Sequence record: MW879344.1
Direction: 5' to 3' (one strand)
DNA length: 64,000 nucleotides
The position numbers were made by a program, and so were the translations under genes. This document shows, piece after piece, positions 31,601 to 40,239 of this stretch; the stretch's first letter is position 1; the number at the start of each line of letters is the position of its first letter. The notes under the pieces are model-generated. The model was not told the origin of the DNA and did no database searches. It saw nothing but the letters and a program-made list of their open reading frames with translations.

Positions 31601-34600
31601 TACACCACCATTAAATTGTGTTATGGATAGTACTGAACCGAATGTAGTACCGAATTTTGCATTCTTAGTACTAGGCGATACAGAAATGAATTCACCAACT
31701 GATGGATTGGTAGCACTCCATGAAATAAAATCTTTACCAATAACAGTCCAATCTTGTGTAACGCCGTTTTCACTAACGTCTTCAAAAATCCAACCATGAT
31801 CTTCTAGATATTGACCGTAACCACATAAGAATGTGTAAACTTCTTGGAAAGTTTTTAATAGTGTTCCATATTCATATGTTCCATATTCATTTAAGTATTC
31901 ATTGTAATGAACCACAGAACGTTTACCTACAGTTACTGATGTTCTACGACCAGTTTTATTAGGTAGTTTATATGTTAATGTAGCACCAACTAGATCATAT
32001 CCACTAATTGAATATCCAGAACCCGTCCATTGAATTTTAATGGCACTCATAGTTTCATCACGGAAGGATTCACTTTTTACTAAACCGATATGTTGGTTTT
32101 CTTGTGAAATTAATCCGAATGAATCTGAACTAAATGTTAATTGATCAGCTTTAGTATATCCACCAATTCTATGACCAACATTTACATATGATGAACGTAA
32201 AATATCTCCATAGTTAGTTGTAACATCTTTGTTTTGATAAACTAAGAAATCACTAACCCATGTTTGGTATCCTAGAATTCTTTGACCATTTTCAGTATGA
32301 ACTAAAGTATTCTTGTTAAAGTTCAAGCGAAGATTAGAATCCCCGTACAAGAATTGTTTACCATCGTTAGCAATATTTTGAACAGTACTACCTTTGGTAT
32401 CATAGAAATAGTTTGCAAATTGTCCTGGTTTTGCACGTAGTAATGCCATAACTTTATCATATGAGTACATTACTGTATTCATATAAGTAAATTCCATGTC
32501 ACCCATGTCACCGTAAGCCCAAGGCTCACTAAGATGTACTAATGCACCACTAACTAAACCTAATACTTCAGGTGCAATTAGAGTTAATTCACAAATTTCT
32601 TCTCCATCAGTAGTAAAGTTTCCGGTTTTTACTATATTAAACGGTTGTTTACCAAAACGTTTATATCTATCATATTGACCTGCACGACTACCATGTAAAA
32701 TTGTACCAGTACTTGCATCACCTTGTAGACCTGTGGTATCCCATAGACCACTAGGGACGATATTTCCACCCTCGTCAGTAACATACGCTTCGTATACATA
32801 AACATATTCAGTAACACCTTGTCCTAAACGAACTTTAGTTGGTTCATATTCTTGGTTAAACCAATCTGGACGTTGTGTAAATCCAAACATTTCCCAAGGA
32901 TGGGTATGTGGACGATAAGTACCAAACATGTCAGTATAGATTGCTCTCCATGATCCACGTGCTGGAATATCAGTTGGATTTCCATCAACAACGTATGTTG
33001 CTCCAGTATAGTTCCATGTCATCCAATTTGAAGGATCATAATCATGAGTACTGTTATCAATTCCATTTGAAGCTATGAAGTTCACATATCCACGTAGTTC
33101 TAATTTAGTATATTCATCTAAACTATATTCAGTATTATTGAAATATGGTGTAGGTGAGAGTAAATCTTTATCCATAGGTGGTTGATAATCTACTGTTTTG
33201 AAAGTATTATCAATACTATTATAAATTCTATTTTCCAATTCATAAATTACATCGTCCATTAGGTCAACGCCGTTAATTACACGATACGCTTTGCTAATAA
33301 TACCCATATGGTCAATGTTATAACATCCAATTTCACGCCCAGCTTGAAGATATGTTTCTTTTTCTGGACGATATGCCTTTAGTAATCCTAAAAACTGAGG
33401 TGTTGGTGGAATAAAGGTTTTACCTGTAGTACTATTTGAACCGACATTATCTAATGCGAATGGGAAAGTATTATCTTTACCTACATTAATAATGTTAAAA
33501 ATCATATCCACTAAATTAGATGCACTTTCAGCTTGGAATGCTTCAGGATCTTTATTATACAAATTCATCATTTGGGTGTTAAATTTGTTTTTAAATCTAA
33601 AATATTCGAACTGTGTAAAAATAATTGCAGCAAATAGGTCTAAATTTTCATTTGCACTATGAAGCATTAATGGTAATAGAGAAGTTTCGTTCTGAATAAT
33701 CTTTGTACCAACAGAATTATTCACGAAACCTTCAGATAAACGCATTTCATAGTTGTTTAAATCATTAACTGACCCTTCAGTGATGTTCTTACCGATAATA
33801 TCTAAGAAATGAGGGGTATAGTCGCCCTGATGGATATAGTCAATGAACTCATTGTATGGGTTATTTTGTAAATTAATAGGAATCTGATAAGAACCTAGTG
33901 TCAAATCTGGAACTTTAGTACTACTAAAGGTAACAATTTCAACAATACTGTCTTCGTTAATGTTAATATCATCATTTAATACAATATTTTGAACATTTCC
34001 AGAGGAATTTAATTCAGTACTGTAATTAAATGTCTTTTCTCCATTGAAGAATACTTCTAAACTTTCATTTACGTTGAACGGATCTATTTTCTGTGCCAAT
34101 TCAAAAGTATGTTGGAATCTATCTGATTGAACTGCATCAGATGATGTTAAATTCCATTTCATAAATGTTGAATTTGTTGGTTTATAATACTTGTAGGTAT
34201 TATCATTTTCAACAACATATGCGTACATATCTTCAATTGGGTTTTTAAATGTATTCATTTCTTGTACAGTGTTGAATACACGATACATTGAAGTTTTATT
34301 CACTTCTGGAACTTGACGAACGTATTGTTTAGACTGATCTTCACTACGAACCCAATCGGATTTAAGATTTTGAACTAATTCACCATCAGTATTTTTTCCA
34401 ATAACATTATAGAAGTACAATCCTGGAATTTCAGTAATTGCTCCAGCTTTAGAATATGAATAACGGATAGTTTGTAGGAAGTTTTCGAAAATATAATAGT
34501 TATATTCACTCAATTCTACATGTTTACCGTAAATTTTATCTTCACCATAATTGTAATTGATTTTTAGACCAAATAGACTTGAACCAGTAAAGTTATTACT

Positions 34601-35707
34601 AGGATAGATAGTACTATTATCTAATTTGAATCCATTTTTATCATAAAGTTGGAATAATGGGAACGTGTTTACCCCTGGTTTTGCCTGAGCGTTAACCCAA
34701 TTGCGACCATTCCAATAAACTGCGGTATTTCCATATGTATTACCACTACGAACAAGAATAACATCCCCATTTAATGGTTCGCCTGTTGGTCGTTCAGTAG
34801 TTTCTTCGTCTTCATCAAGTACTAGGCCGTACACACGAGTACCATCTGCCATTTGTTTAATGTAAACTTTATATATACGGTTATTTTCACCAGGGTTACC
34901 AATACTAGTGAATAAAATTCTGTCTCCAGCTTGTAATACAAATCCATCTACACGAACATTATCACCAACGTTCTTTTGTACAATATCTTCAGGTTTGATT
35001 GAATCCGATAGATAGTTTACAACTCCACGGAATTGAGTTCCGTAGTTCATTAATTCAATATTTTTGTTGAATTCAATAATTGGTGCTTGTGCACGAGCAA
35101 AACGACCACTTGTAGCCATTTGTTCAGTAATAATAGTACCATCAGGTAGTTCCTGACCGATAGTATACCAAAAATTCTGTAATGACCATGTGTTGCCATT
35201 CAATGCACCACGTTCCATTACGATATAATCTGGATTAATACCATATTCGTTCTGTGAATCCCATAGATAGGAGCTGAAATTTTGTAATTTGTTTGGGTTG
35301 ATTGGTGGTGTCCATGCATAGTACTTCCCACTCAATAAACGTGCTTGATTATCTGCCAACGCTCCGTAATGTTCCAAATAACCAACTAAATCTGGATAGA
35401 ATTGGATCGAACGAACGCTTGTATCAGCATTGCGTGAAACATATGCAGTACTGAATTGATAGTCTTGACGTTGTAAATCTAGTTCATTTAGGAAAATCTT
35501 TCCTGATGCAGCAGGTGAGCCACGGTCACCAATATAACCGTCAACTATGTTTTCATCTGCTGGATTAAACCATTGTTGGATAATATCATCACAGAACATT
35601 TGAATCTGTTCTAGACCTTGCATCCATTCAGGCAATCTCTTTATGAACAACTTCTGATTAACAGCTTCTGTTACTTTTGAAAGCTGAAATTTAAATTCGT
35701 TCGCCAT
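25688..35707 (-). CDS. Giant baseplate wedge/virion protein (~3340 aa; gp7-like position)
   Basis: Uninterrupted 10-kb ORF next to the gp6-like gene; GGAG SD before the ATG at 35707; TAAATA at 35746-35751. Confidence 0.7.
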   Translation of the reverse strand: MANEFKFQLSKVTEAVNQKLFIKRLPEWMQGLEQIQMFCDDIIQQWFNPADENIVDGYIGDRGSPAASGKIFLNELDLQRQDYQFSTAYVSRNADTSVRSIQFYPDLVGYLEHYGALADNQARLLSGKYYAWTPPINPNKLQNFSSYLWDSQNEYGINPDYIVMERGALNGNTWSLQNFWYTIGQELPDGTIITEQMATSGRFARAQAPIIEFNKNIELMNYGTQFRGVVNYLSDSIKPEDIVQKNVGDNVRVDGFVLQAGDRILFTSIGNPGENNRIYKVYIKQMADGTRVYGLVLDEDEETTERPTGEPLNGDVILVRSGNTYGNTAVYWNGRNWVNAQAKPGVNTFPLFQLYDKNGFKLDNSTIYPSNNFTGSSLFGLKINYNYGEDKIYGKHVELSEYNYYIFENFLQTIRYSYSKAGAITEIPGLYFYNVIGKNTDGELVQNLKSDWVRSEDQSKQYVRQVPEVNKTSMYRVFNTVQEMNTFKNPIEDMYAYVVENDNTYKYYKPTNSTFMKWNLTSSDAVQSDRFQHTFELAQKIDPFNVNESLEVFFNGEKTFNYSTELNSSGNVQNIVLNDDININEDSIVEIVTFSSTKVPDLTLGSYQIPINLQNNPYNEFIDYIHQGDYTPHFLDIIGKNITEGSVNDLNNYEMRLSEGFVNNSVGTKIIQNETSLLPLMLHSANENLDLFAAIIFTQFEYFRFKNKFNTQMMNLYNKDPEAFQAESASNLVDMIFNIINVGKDNTFPFALDNVGSNSTTGKTFIPPTPQFLGLLKAYRPEKETYLQAGREIGCYNIDHMGIISKAYRVINGVDLMDDVIYELENRIYNSIDNTFKTVDYQPPMDKDLLSPTPYFNNTEYSLDEYTKLELRGYVNFIASNGIDNSTHDYDPSNWMTWNYTGATYVVDGNPTDIPARGSWRAIYTDMFGTYRPHTHPWEMFGFTQRPDWFNQEYEPTKVRLGQGVTEYVYVYEAYVTDEGGNIVPSGLWDTTGLQGDASTGTILHGSRAGQYDRYKRFGKQPFNIVKTGNFTTDGEEICELTLIAPEVLGLVSGALVHLSEPWAYGDMGDMEFTYMNTVMYSYDKVMALLRAKPGQFANYFYDTKGSTVQNIANDGKQFLYGDSNLRLNFNKNTLVHTENGQRILGYQTWVSDFLVYQNKDVTTNYGDILRSSYVNVGHRIGGYTKADQLTFSSDSFGLISQENQHIGLVKSESFRDETMSAIKIQWTGSGYSISGYDLVGATLTYKLPNKTGRRTSVTVGKRSVVHYNEYLNEYGTYEYGTLLKTFQEVYTFLCGYGQYLEDHGWIFEDVSENGVTQDWTVIGKDFISWSATNPSVGEFISVSPSTKNAKFGTTFGSVLSITQFNGGVWSLLDDTNDGIRPYEIDTSRIGNVFSVRLVDDSDKRMALIRVSVVAYEHAVIFDDRTIFGNDLYIPKYGSVHEMIKMYGYVTGSWNGRLEAPGFIILEAGTLPDFEKLVTDFQHYYDNDNPVDNVTLRNLARHVIGFQTRDYISQMITSDTSQVDFYKGFIRDKGTNQVFERVLRVSKSYNTDNYKALQEWAFKIGEYGNIYGKKHLQFQLINNEFAQEPQMFTFDENATSDTDNNNIIFYGTQGVDSRWVTRPNGQFSFPMRNGKSERINLPDIGPVTLDEVSYSTRDFTTAYVDRLNYINNTGDTPTSVWVFRDMDNNWNIFELVNTGITLNSITPIGDEDNYPGNHCTLELSSAHGMDDGDYFFFVDESEYMPDLLKAETQYFTTGSDPKSFVIPLDVTNTISFTEGNPVLYRYVNRFSTNAAKDSYINKKYSYAAPESTLFVRPTTYNSTNNVTELYMNTFDPINGVIPGSIMSDITYISTIDPAKYNSDDEKMQAWGSEKVGLVWWNTTNAFFMDYTRPLYDADGNVDEVATNEYKRYNWGKLLPNSEINILEWVASPVLPYEWDKYCVRQAKLNKDNTAWVPSGQAIDDFYSEFQEYDESTDSYQTVYYFWVKNTIYVPKVKNRNKPCNELSRTIQDPSLLNAPWFAPISQNSFIVSGLQQEITDDKSILSITYQNNATEVVKHEQYQLCKEGMDYNFNPIIWDSLWNSLESQEVLPNGKIKELHYPTNDNGILPGETWFRDPIEARRTFVDSANAIYKTVNVTTNTVVMNDVFNVKTEEQNPNLISFKVLNYNNELVINPSVDVFVENDAVLVSTNGTLPSPLNSTSVYFVHFDENNYIRLMNSPSTGGTAVYITLENRGEGQHKMIKQSDYIESLGTSLDMTQYWSLADWYDIGYSENTTYTDEVSLESANQKNYQEGDVIRITDAEGVWTLYTKTLSRNVVIWQAVARQNSTVALNNQLYNGYEQYNADGSLTNVEINVRKALALLKNSFYSYQSRLVFDMVKYVHTEQTVVDWVFKTSYIFVVGLEQSLQQNYGNDNLINQIVDYFEEVKPYRTKIRSQIEQKTSNTDEMNGLMNDLDPNGYVFVNGAWVKTQDDIWDVEYAQFNPVTNKWEIHGSLPSNFVYPNRRFQESYETLVYDNFQCTPDSDLDDRLTLEQVNNSFMTNVNDVLPVGNHYKLQRYSYSYPQIDYVSINEVVLARMSVYYPDMNVSGKIQDEINKKLQEFVNDINATELFETRLEQVTQSAYDSDSSVSVANQYNQYNTLANRRRLYTSLSDNSIAQEMNCPFKGRILTDNPNTRLPFGFSASNVENYGYIMYGRDLYEKFVSIVKDANPSFSEAQINDYLVYEYGLYPWKYDMDLVDEDGNHTGKTYLDTLYVLSAMRNTYNPDSVDQYEIAKQILAMPTIDMYCMVMIPRKLASVLNVNTRQFLSVPSDISLKDFMENAFITGDVVSLEEPSLDDLPLDINNPLYSNIQEVIAGVNNVQYFDDMNAFDNFGLESQTKDVLYSASGVVDSTKDPVFVDVSDINPIGLDAAQMRFTVNGYSYDTSGNTQLRSQGNFQIEGYVLQNPYNRKEAIVSIPRYNQAIEYMNRNLISKNEIRYSYQIKDVINASGTIRLVQKNDFKVGEKVMVFTPEADDYDVLMTDNTWKTILPVNNIKNGTRPRIFTVSAVNGDTIRIGGLNFSSTYDSQSDTLMDSSKSTSINVVRITSFADDEFVSGGVNLYSTERTYRISILDYDSFYDRMLIGNKYADNYTTDDYDNWYLSNEIVEVDGIDIDHGYYLPIYGKGVLSELVRTKMDDSLQIFVYEYKVSDIKPVKTGSTWSYSGTLVDNVYVSDKNASLVVAYVDSIEKREFIAKPLGVSNTTILDGVLNVTPTANNYIISVYDELIELRNTNHMARSQHGTVENNFVKGTTYTDLGIVLGLEDDMDVYGHNYPQIPLTTYSTGYSVSGTVIGQLL

Positions 35708-35760
35708 TATAATCTCCAATAAAAAATTCTTTTTCTCATTTGTTTTATTTATGGAAGAAC

Positions 35761-35784
35761 AAAGGGCATCCGAAGATGCCCTTT
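35761..35784 (-). terminator. Intrinsic terminator with C(UUCG)G loop
   Basis: - strand AAAGGGCATC-TTCG-GATGCCCTTT. Confidence 0.8.
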
Positions 35785-35787
35785 AAT

Positions 35788-38700
35788 TTATTTTCCAATA
35801 TTAATATTACTTTTTGCTAATGAGTTAACAATAATGACATTATCAACTGTAGCGGTGTTGATAAAGAGTTGGTCTGATTCACATGGAATTTCAAACAACT
35901 CACCAAACTTAGAACTTGGATTTTGTGGTACAATTACAATTGATGCAATCTCAGTACTCAAATTTATATGTATATAAGTTGCTAATTCTGTGAAATAAAA
36001 GCTTTCTCCAAAATCCCAATTATCAACGGAGAAGAAATCATTAGTAATTGATATTACTCTCTGTCTAATTTCATCATCACTTAATGTACTATTAGGTAAT
36101 TTGATAACTTTAAAGTCAGCACGATAATCTGAATCAGCGGCGTCACCAAATAATTTCAAATAACTTGCACTATGCCATATTGTACTATCACTAATTACTA
36201 TTTTGTTTTCAACATCAGCAAACATCTCCTTCAACTCAATACTAGTAGGTGGTTTAGGGAAATCTGAACCATTTGCTTGTTTTAACCATATATCAACAGC
36301 AGTTTTGTACGAATTTGTTAAAACATACATATCAATTAAGTTAGTTTTACTTGGGTCAATTCGATTATCATCTGGTGCGTAGTGCTTCCAGTGATAATTT
36401 AAATTAACACGTGCATCTTTCTTAATAAAATAGTCCGTACTAACATCCACATAACCATAATAATCAAGTTTTACAGTTTCATCGGCATCTTCATCACTCA
36501 TGTTTTGAATTGCACGAACAAACGCTTGTTCTGGTGTAATTGGAGTTTGATCTGTTGGTAAAGTCATGTTTGAAAGGAAATTATTCAATCTATCATTATT
36601 ATTACCAACCGTTTGTTCAACAAAATAATCATTCCCATTATATTCAAAACCAATTACGAATCCTGAACCTTTAGAATATAAATCAGTCATTGATGTACTT
36701 CTCATGTTGACATTTCGTAATAAAGCTGCCTTTCTATAAGCAATAGTTTCTGCATTTGCTTGTGACGCTGTATATGTCCATGAACTGTCCAATAAAGTAA
36801 ATTTGCCAGCAGATGGTTCAACAACATCAATAGTAAAATCAGTATTTTCTTGGAAGAAAATCCACTGTTCATATTTTACCTTGTCAGTTCCTGTCCATTC
36901 TGGTACAATCTTTCTGAACTGGTTAGGACTTAATGGAATTCCATTTGTATCACGTGCTGCACTTGTAATAATTACACGAGAACCATCAATATATCCATTT
37001 TCCTGATTAACAGTTTTTATAATCTGGAATTGTTCATCATCTGAATATCCTGAATTATTAACATAGTTAGTATTATAGGATAACACAACTATTTTATCAG
37101 ATTGAACTGTACCAGTACTAATATCACTAATATTTTCAGTACTTACAAAATAAAATCGAACTTTATCTCCACCAACAAAAATATAATTTACACCTCTAGA
37201 CACAAATTCCCATGATTCTGATGTATATGATACATTAATCAAAATAGGATAAGTGGTGTTGTTATAAACAACAGTTGTTGTATTATATGTTCCTTCAATT
37301 GGAATCCATGATAATGTATTAGGATCGTATATTAATACAAAGTCTGTTTTTTTATCTAATGTACTAGCAATTGTTTGAACTTCAACATTAGAAAATTTAA
37401 CTCTAAATGGTTTTATAAATTCAGTAGCTAATTGACCTGAGCTAATTGGCATTGATAATACTAGATAATTATCAATAACATCTACTACTGAAGTCCATAC
37501 ATCAGTACCGGATGGTGTAGAAAAATTCAATAATGTTCCAATATCATAAAGTACTGGTGTACTAGCATTCATCAATCTACCATAGGTATTTGAAGTATAG
37601 CTTGAATTAAATTCAGGCGTCCATACTTGGTTGTTAATAATAGAAACCGTATTTGTTGGATATTCTTGATATAATTGAATTACTGAATTATCACCAATCA
37701 ATGGTTGAATATCATCAATAACAATTGATGTATTGGATTTAGAGGTTGGTAACAATACTGTGTTTAGTGATTGTATTTCATCTCTATAAACTCCACCATC
37801 ATCGGTAAAAATATCGGTATTCTGATATTTTCCAGTTGGATCATTAATATCAATAAATCTTGATTGACCTGAATATATTCTATTAATAGCTTTAGCTTTA
37901 AGTACCGTGTTTCCTAGCATTAAGGGTGCAATATTATAATCTTCGCCATTGACAAAACGGTTTTGTGTATAATATAATTGTGGTGCACGATCTTTAATTT
38001 GCTCTAGGGTTTCTCTTGATTGAGCAAGAGATGATTGGAATTGTAAACTAAATTTCAAATCCAAAGTACTACTTTCAAATTCAGATTGTGAATCAGTACG
38101 ATATGTGTACTTAATAGACTTATTTTGAATATCGGTAGTTTTTATTGTATAAGTTTCACCATTACTAACCCTGTACCAAATTCTATATGAACCACGTGGC
38201 ACTTGTCCACTTCTAGCATCAGGGAATTTAAGTGTTATTTGATCATTATCGCGGGTTGTTACAGAATAGATATTTTTCAATCTACGATCTACTGAGTTAT
38301 ATGCAATAGATTCCATTGCCGGAACACGTGTCCACTTAGTACGAACTAAACCGTCTTCTGTAATTTCTTGAACCCAAACATCTATCTCATTAATGTTGTT
38401 AGTGTCAATATCTTGAACACGATTTTCAATTCTCTGATCATATTGGAAATCACTAAATGTTAAATTTCCTTGTTTAAAGTAAACAAAAAATCCAGTATTT
38501 GGTGAATCAAAACCATTACCATCATTTCGATATATAATATGTTTTTGTTCTTGAGGTTGTGGATGACGTTCTTGTACAGTTCCAGTACTTGTTAAATCTG
38601 GATTTACTACTTCAAATGTCATAGATTCACCATTAATATTCGCAGTGAATGGAATATTAGGAGAACTCATCGGTATAGTATTCATTCTATATAAGTGATT

Positions 38701-39249
38701 TGATACACCATTAATAGTTATTTTTTTAACAGGATCACCAAATTGGTTAGTGTCAATAAAAAGACTATTCATTACTAGAATGAAATTTTCATACCAGTTA
38801 TCATCACCTTGATCATTCCAACGAATGGTTTGGTTTTTTAGTGAAGTACCGAAGCTATTTTTTATTTCTTGGTTCGTTTTAATCTCAGTCACTTTTGCAA
38901 GTGCACGACCAGGATATGCACGTTTTGGTGCATAGGAAATCATTTTTGCCAATTTGAGTACTGAAGCTCGACGTTCTGCTGTATCTAGAAAGTTCTCTCT
39001 ACTGTTCATATCCATACGGAAAGCTAAGTTTTGACCTAGCAATGCGATGGTATCTAGAATAAAAATAAATTCATCATTTTCAATCCAGTCATTAAATGAA
39101 TCTGGATAGGTTAAACGTAAGTAGTTCACCATACTTTCACGTATAGTATCGAAATCATACGCAGTTAAATTTATTTGAGCAAAAGACTCATATACTTGTT
39201 GCCAGTCTTCAGCAGCATACAAATTGGATTGTCTTTTTTGTTGTGCCAT
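35788..39249 (-). CDS. Baseplate wedge protein, T4 gp6-like
   Basis: YDFDTIRESM...RENFLDTAERRASVLKLAKMISYAPKR and NRFVNGEDY motifs. Confidence 0.85.
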   Translation of the reverse strand: MAQQKRQSNLYAAEDWQQVYESFAQINLTAYDFDTIRESMVNYLRLTYPDSFNDWIENDEFIFILDTIALLGQNLAFRMDMNSRENFLDTAERRASVLKLAKMISYAPKRAYPGRALAKVTEIKTNQEIKNSFGTSLKNQTIRWNDQGDDNWYENFILVMNSLFIDTNQFGDPVKKITINGVSNHLYRMNTIPMSSPNIPFTANINGESMTFEVVNPDLTSTGTVQERHPQPQEQKHIIYRNDGNGFDSPNTGFFVYFKQGNLTFSDFQYDQRIENRVQDIDTNNINEIDVWVQEITEDGLVRTKWTRVPAMESIAYNSVDRRLKNIYSVTTRDNDQITLKFPDARSGQVPRGSYRIWYRVSNGETYTIKTTDIQNKSIKYTYRTDSQSEFESSTLDLKFSLQFQSSLAQSRETLEQIKDRAPQLYYTQNRFVNGEDYNIAPLMLGNTVLKAKAINRIYSGQSRFIDINDPTGKYQNTDIFTDDGGVYRDEIQSLNTVLLPTSKSNTSIVIDDIQPLIGDNSVIQLYQEYPTNTVSIINNQVWTPEFNSSYTSNTYGRLMNASTPVLYDIGTLLNFSTPSGTDVWTSVVDVIDNYLVLSMPISSGQLATEFIKPFRVKFSNVEVQTIASTLDKKTDFVLIYDPNTLSWIPIEGTYNTTTVVYNNTTYPILINVSYTSESWEFVSRGVNYIFVGGDKVRFYFVSTENISDISTGTVQSDKIVVLSYNTNYVNNSGYSDDEQFQIIKTVNQENGYIDGSRVIITSAARDTNGIPLSPNQFRKIVPEWTGTDKVKYEQWIFFQENTDFTIDVVEPSAGKFTLLDSSWTYTASQANAETIAYRKAALLRNVNMRSTSMTDLYSKGSGFVIGFEYNGNDYFVEQTVGNNNDRLNNFLSNMTLPTDQTPITPEQAFVRAIQNMSDEDADETVKLDYYGYVDVSTDYFIKKDARVNLNYHWKHYAPDDNRIDPSKTNLIDMYVLTNSYKTAVDIWLKQANGSDFPKPPTSIELKEMFADVENKIVISDSTIWHSASYLKLFGDAADSDYRADFKVIKLPNSTLSDDEIRQRVISITNDFFSVDNWDFGESFYFTELATYIHINLSTEIASIVIVPQNPSSKFGELFEIPCESDQLFINTATVDNVIIVNSLAKSNINIGK

Positions 39250-39290
39250 ATGTTATACACCTCATATAATAATATAGAAATATTTATCCA

Positions 39291-39317
39291 AAAAGAAAGG
39301 CATCCATAGGATGCCTT
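39291..39317 (-). terminator. Intrinsic terminator
   Basis: AAGGCATCC-ata-GGATGCCTT with an A-rich flank on +. Confidence 0.7.
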
Positions 39318-39705
39318 ATGCTGCATTAATAAATGCCATTCTTTGTTGAGATCGATTGTCGAAGACTAAAGTAAGTTCTTCAACTGTCTCAAGTTGAACA
39401 TATCTTAATAACATGTTGACTTGATAACCGTACTCAACGTTTTGTACTTGAATCGATAATAGAAGTAATCTAGGATCTTGTGACACTATATTTCTAGCAT
39501 CAGCTTCCAATAACTGTGAATTACCAGGTCTATCTAGTTCGAATAATAAATCCCAACCAATAAATCCGTAATCAACATCCATTACCCGTTCACCCTTTCT
39601 TGTATTAAAATGGTTAATAAGATCTTTCTTGACCAATTCAACATCGTACAGTACTTGAGTTTTGCCGACTATTGGAGAAGCAAAACCTTTAAATGTCACA
39701 GCCAT
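39316..39705 (-). CDS. Baseplate wedge / sheath initiator, T4 gp25-like
   Basis: DVELVKKDLINHFNTRKGERVM...G...LLFE...DPRL pattern. Confidence 0.85.
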   Translation of the reverse strand: MAVTFKGFASPIVGKTQVLYDVELVKKDLINHFNTRKGERVMDVDYGFIGWDLLFELDRPGNSQLLEADARNIVSQDPRLLLLSIQVQNVEYGYQVNMLLRYVQLETVEELTLVFDNRSQQRMAFINAA

Positions 39706-39715
39706 ATTTTATTCC

Positions 39716-40204
39716 TTATAGAGATTCAACGATTCTTGCTAATTTCTCAGCACGAGAAGTCGTTTGTTTGTACCATGCAGAATTTCTCATTCCTGCTGCT
39801 GCACCTTTATAATCTCCACGACCCATACATGAAAGAGTGTTCTTGAATTGTAGAACCTTACCTTTACCCATTTGGAATACCATTTGAGTTAGTACTTTCT
39901 GTAATTCAAGTCCACCTTTCATACCATATTGTTCGTAGATTGATTTTGCATCAGCAACTTTAGAAGCTAAATCTTTTGCAAGTACATCGTTTGCTTGACC
40001 TTCGGTTAAGCCTAATTTAAAGTTTTCACCTTCAGTAATTAAATGACCATAACCTATTGTTGGATAACCTAAACTATCCTTGTATGTCCAAAACTTATTG
40101 TCTTTGTAATAACCTAATTTAGATTGGTACGCAATAGTTCCTTCATATGTTTTAATATCATTTAATAGATCAGGATCTTTACTTGTTAAAATCCAATTAC
40201 TCAT
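39716..40204 (-). CDS. T4-type (GH24) lysozyme
   Basis: EG...YKDSLGYPTIGYGHL with the E/D/T triad, MVFQMG and SAWYKQT..RA. Confidence 0.85.
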   Translation of the reverse strand: MSNWILTSKDPDLLNDIKTYEGTIAYQSKLGYYKDNKFWTYKDSLGYPTIGYGHLITEGENFKLGLTEGQANDVLAKDLASKVADAKSIYEQYGMKGGLELQKVLTQMVFQMGKGKVLQFKNTLSCMGRGDYKGAAAGMRNSAWYKQTTSRAEKLARIVESL

Positions 40205-40239
40205 AATAATTACCTCCCATTGATAATTAGTACAAGTAT

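Noticed and set aside
40205-40232. Possible hairpin over the lysozyme SD
   Set aside because: The stem is almost all A-U and would be present in both late and read-through transcripts, so it is not a T4 e-type switch.
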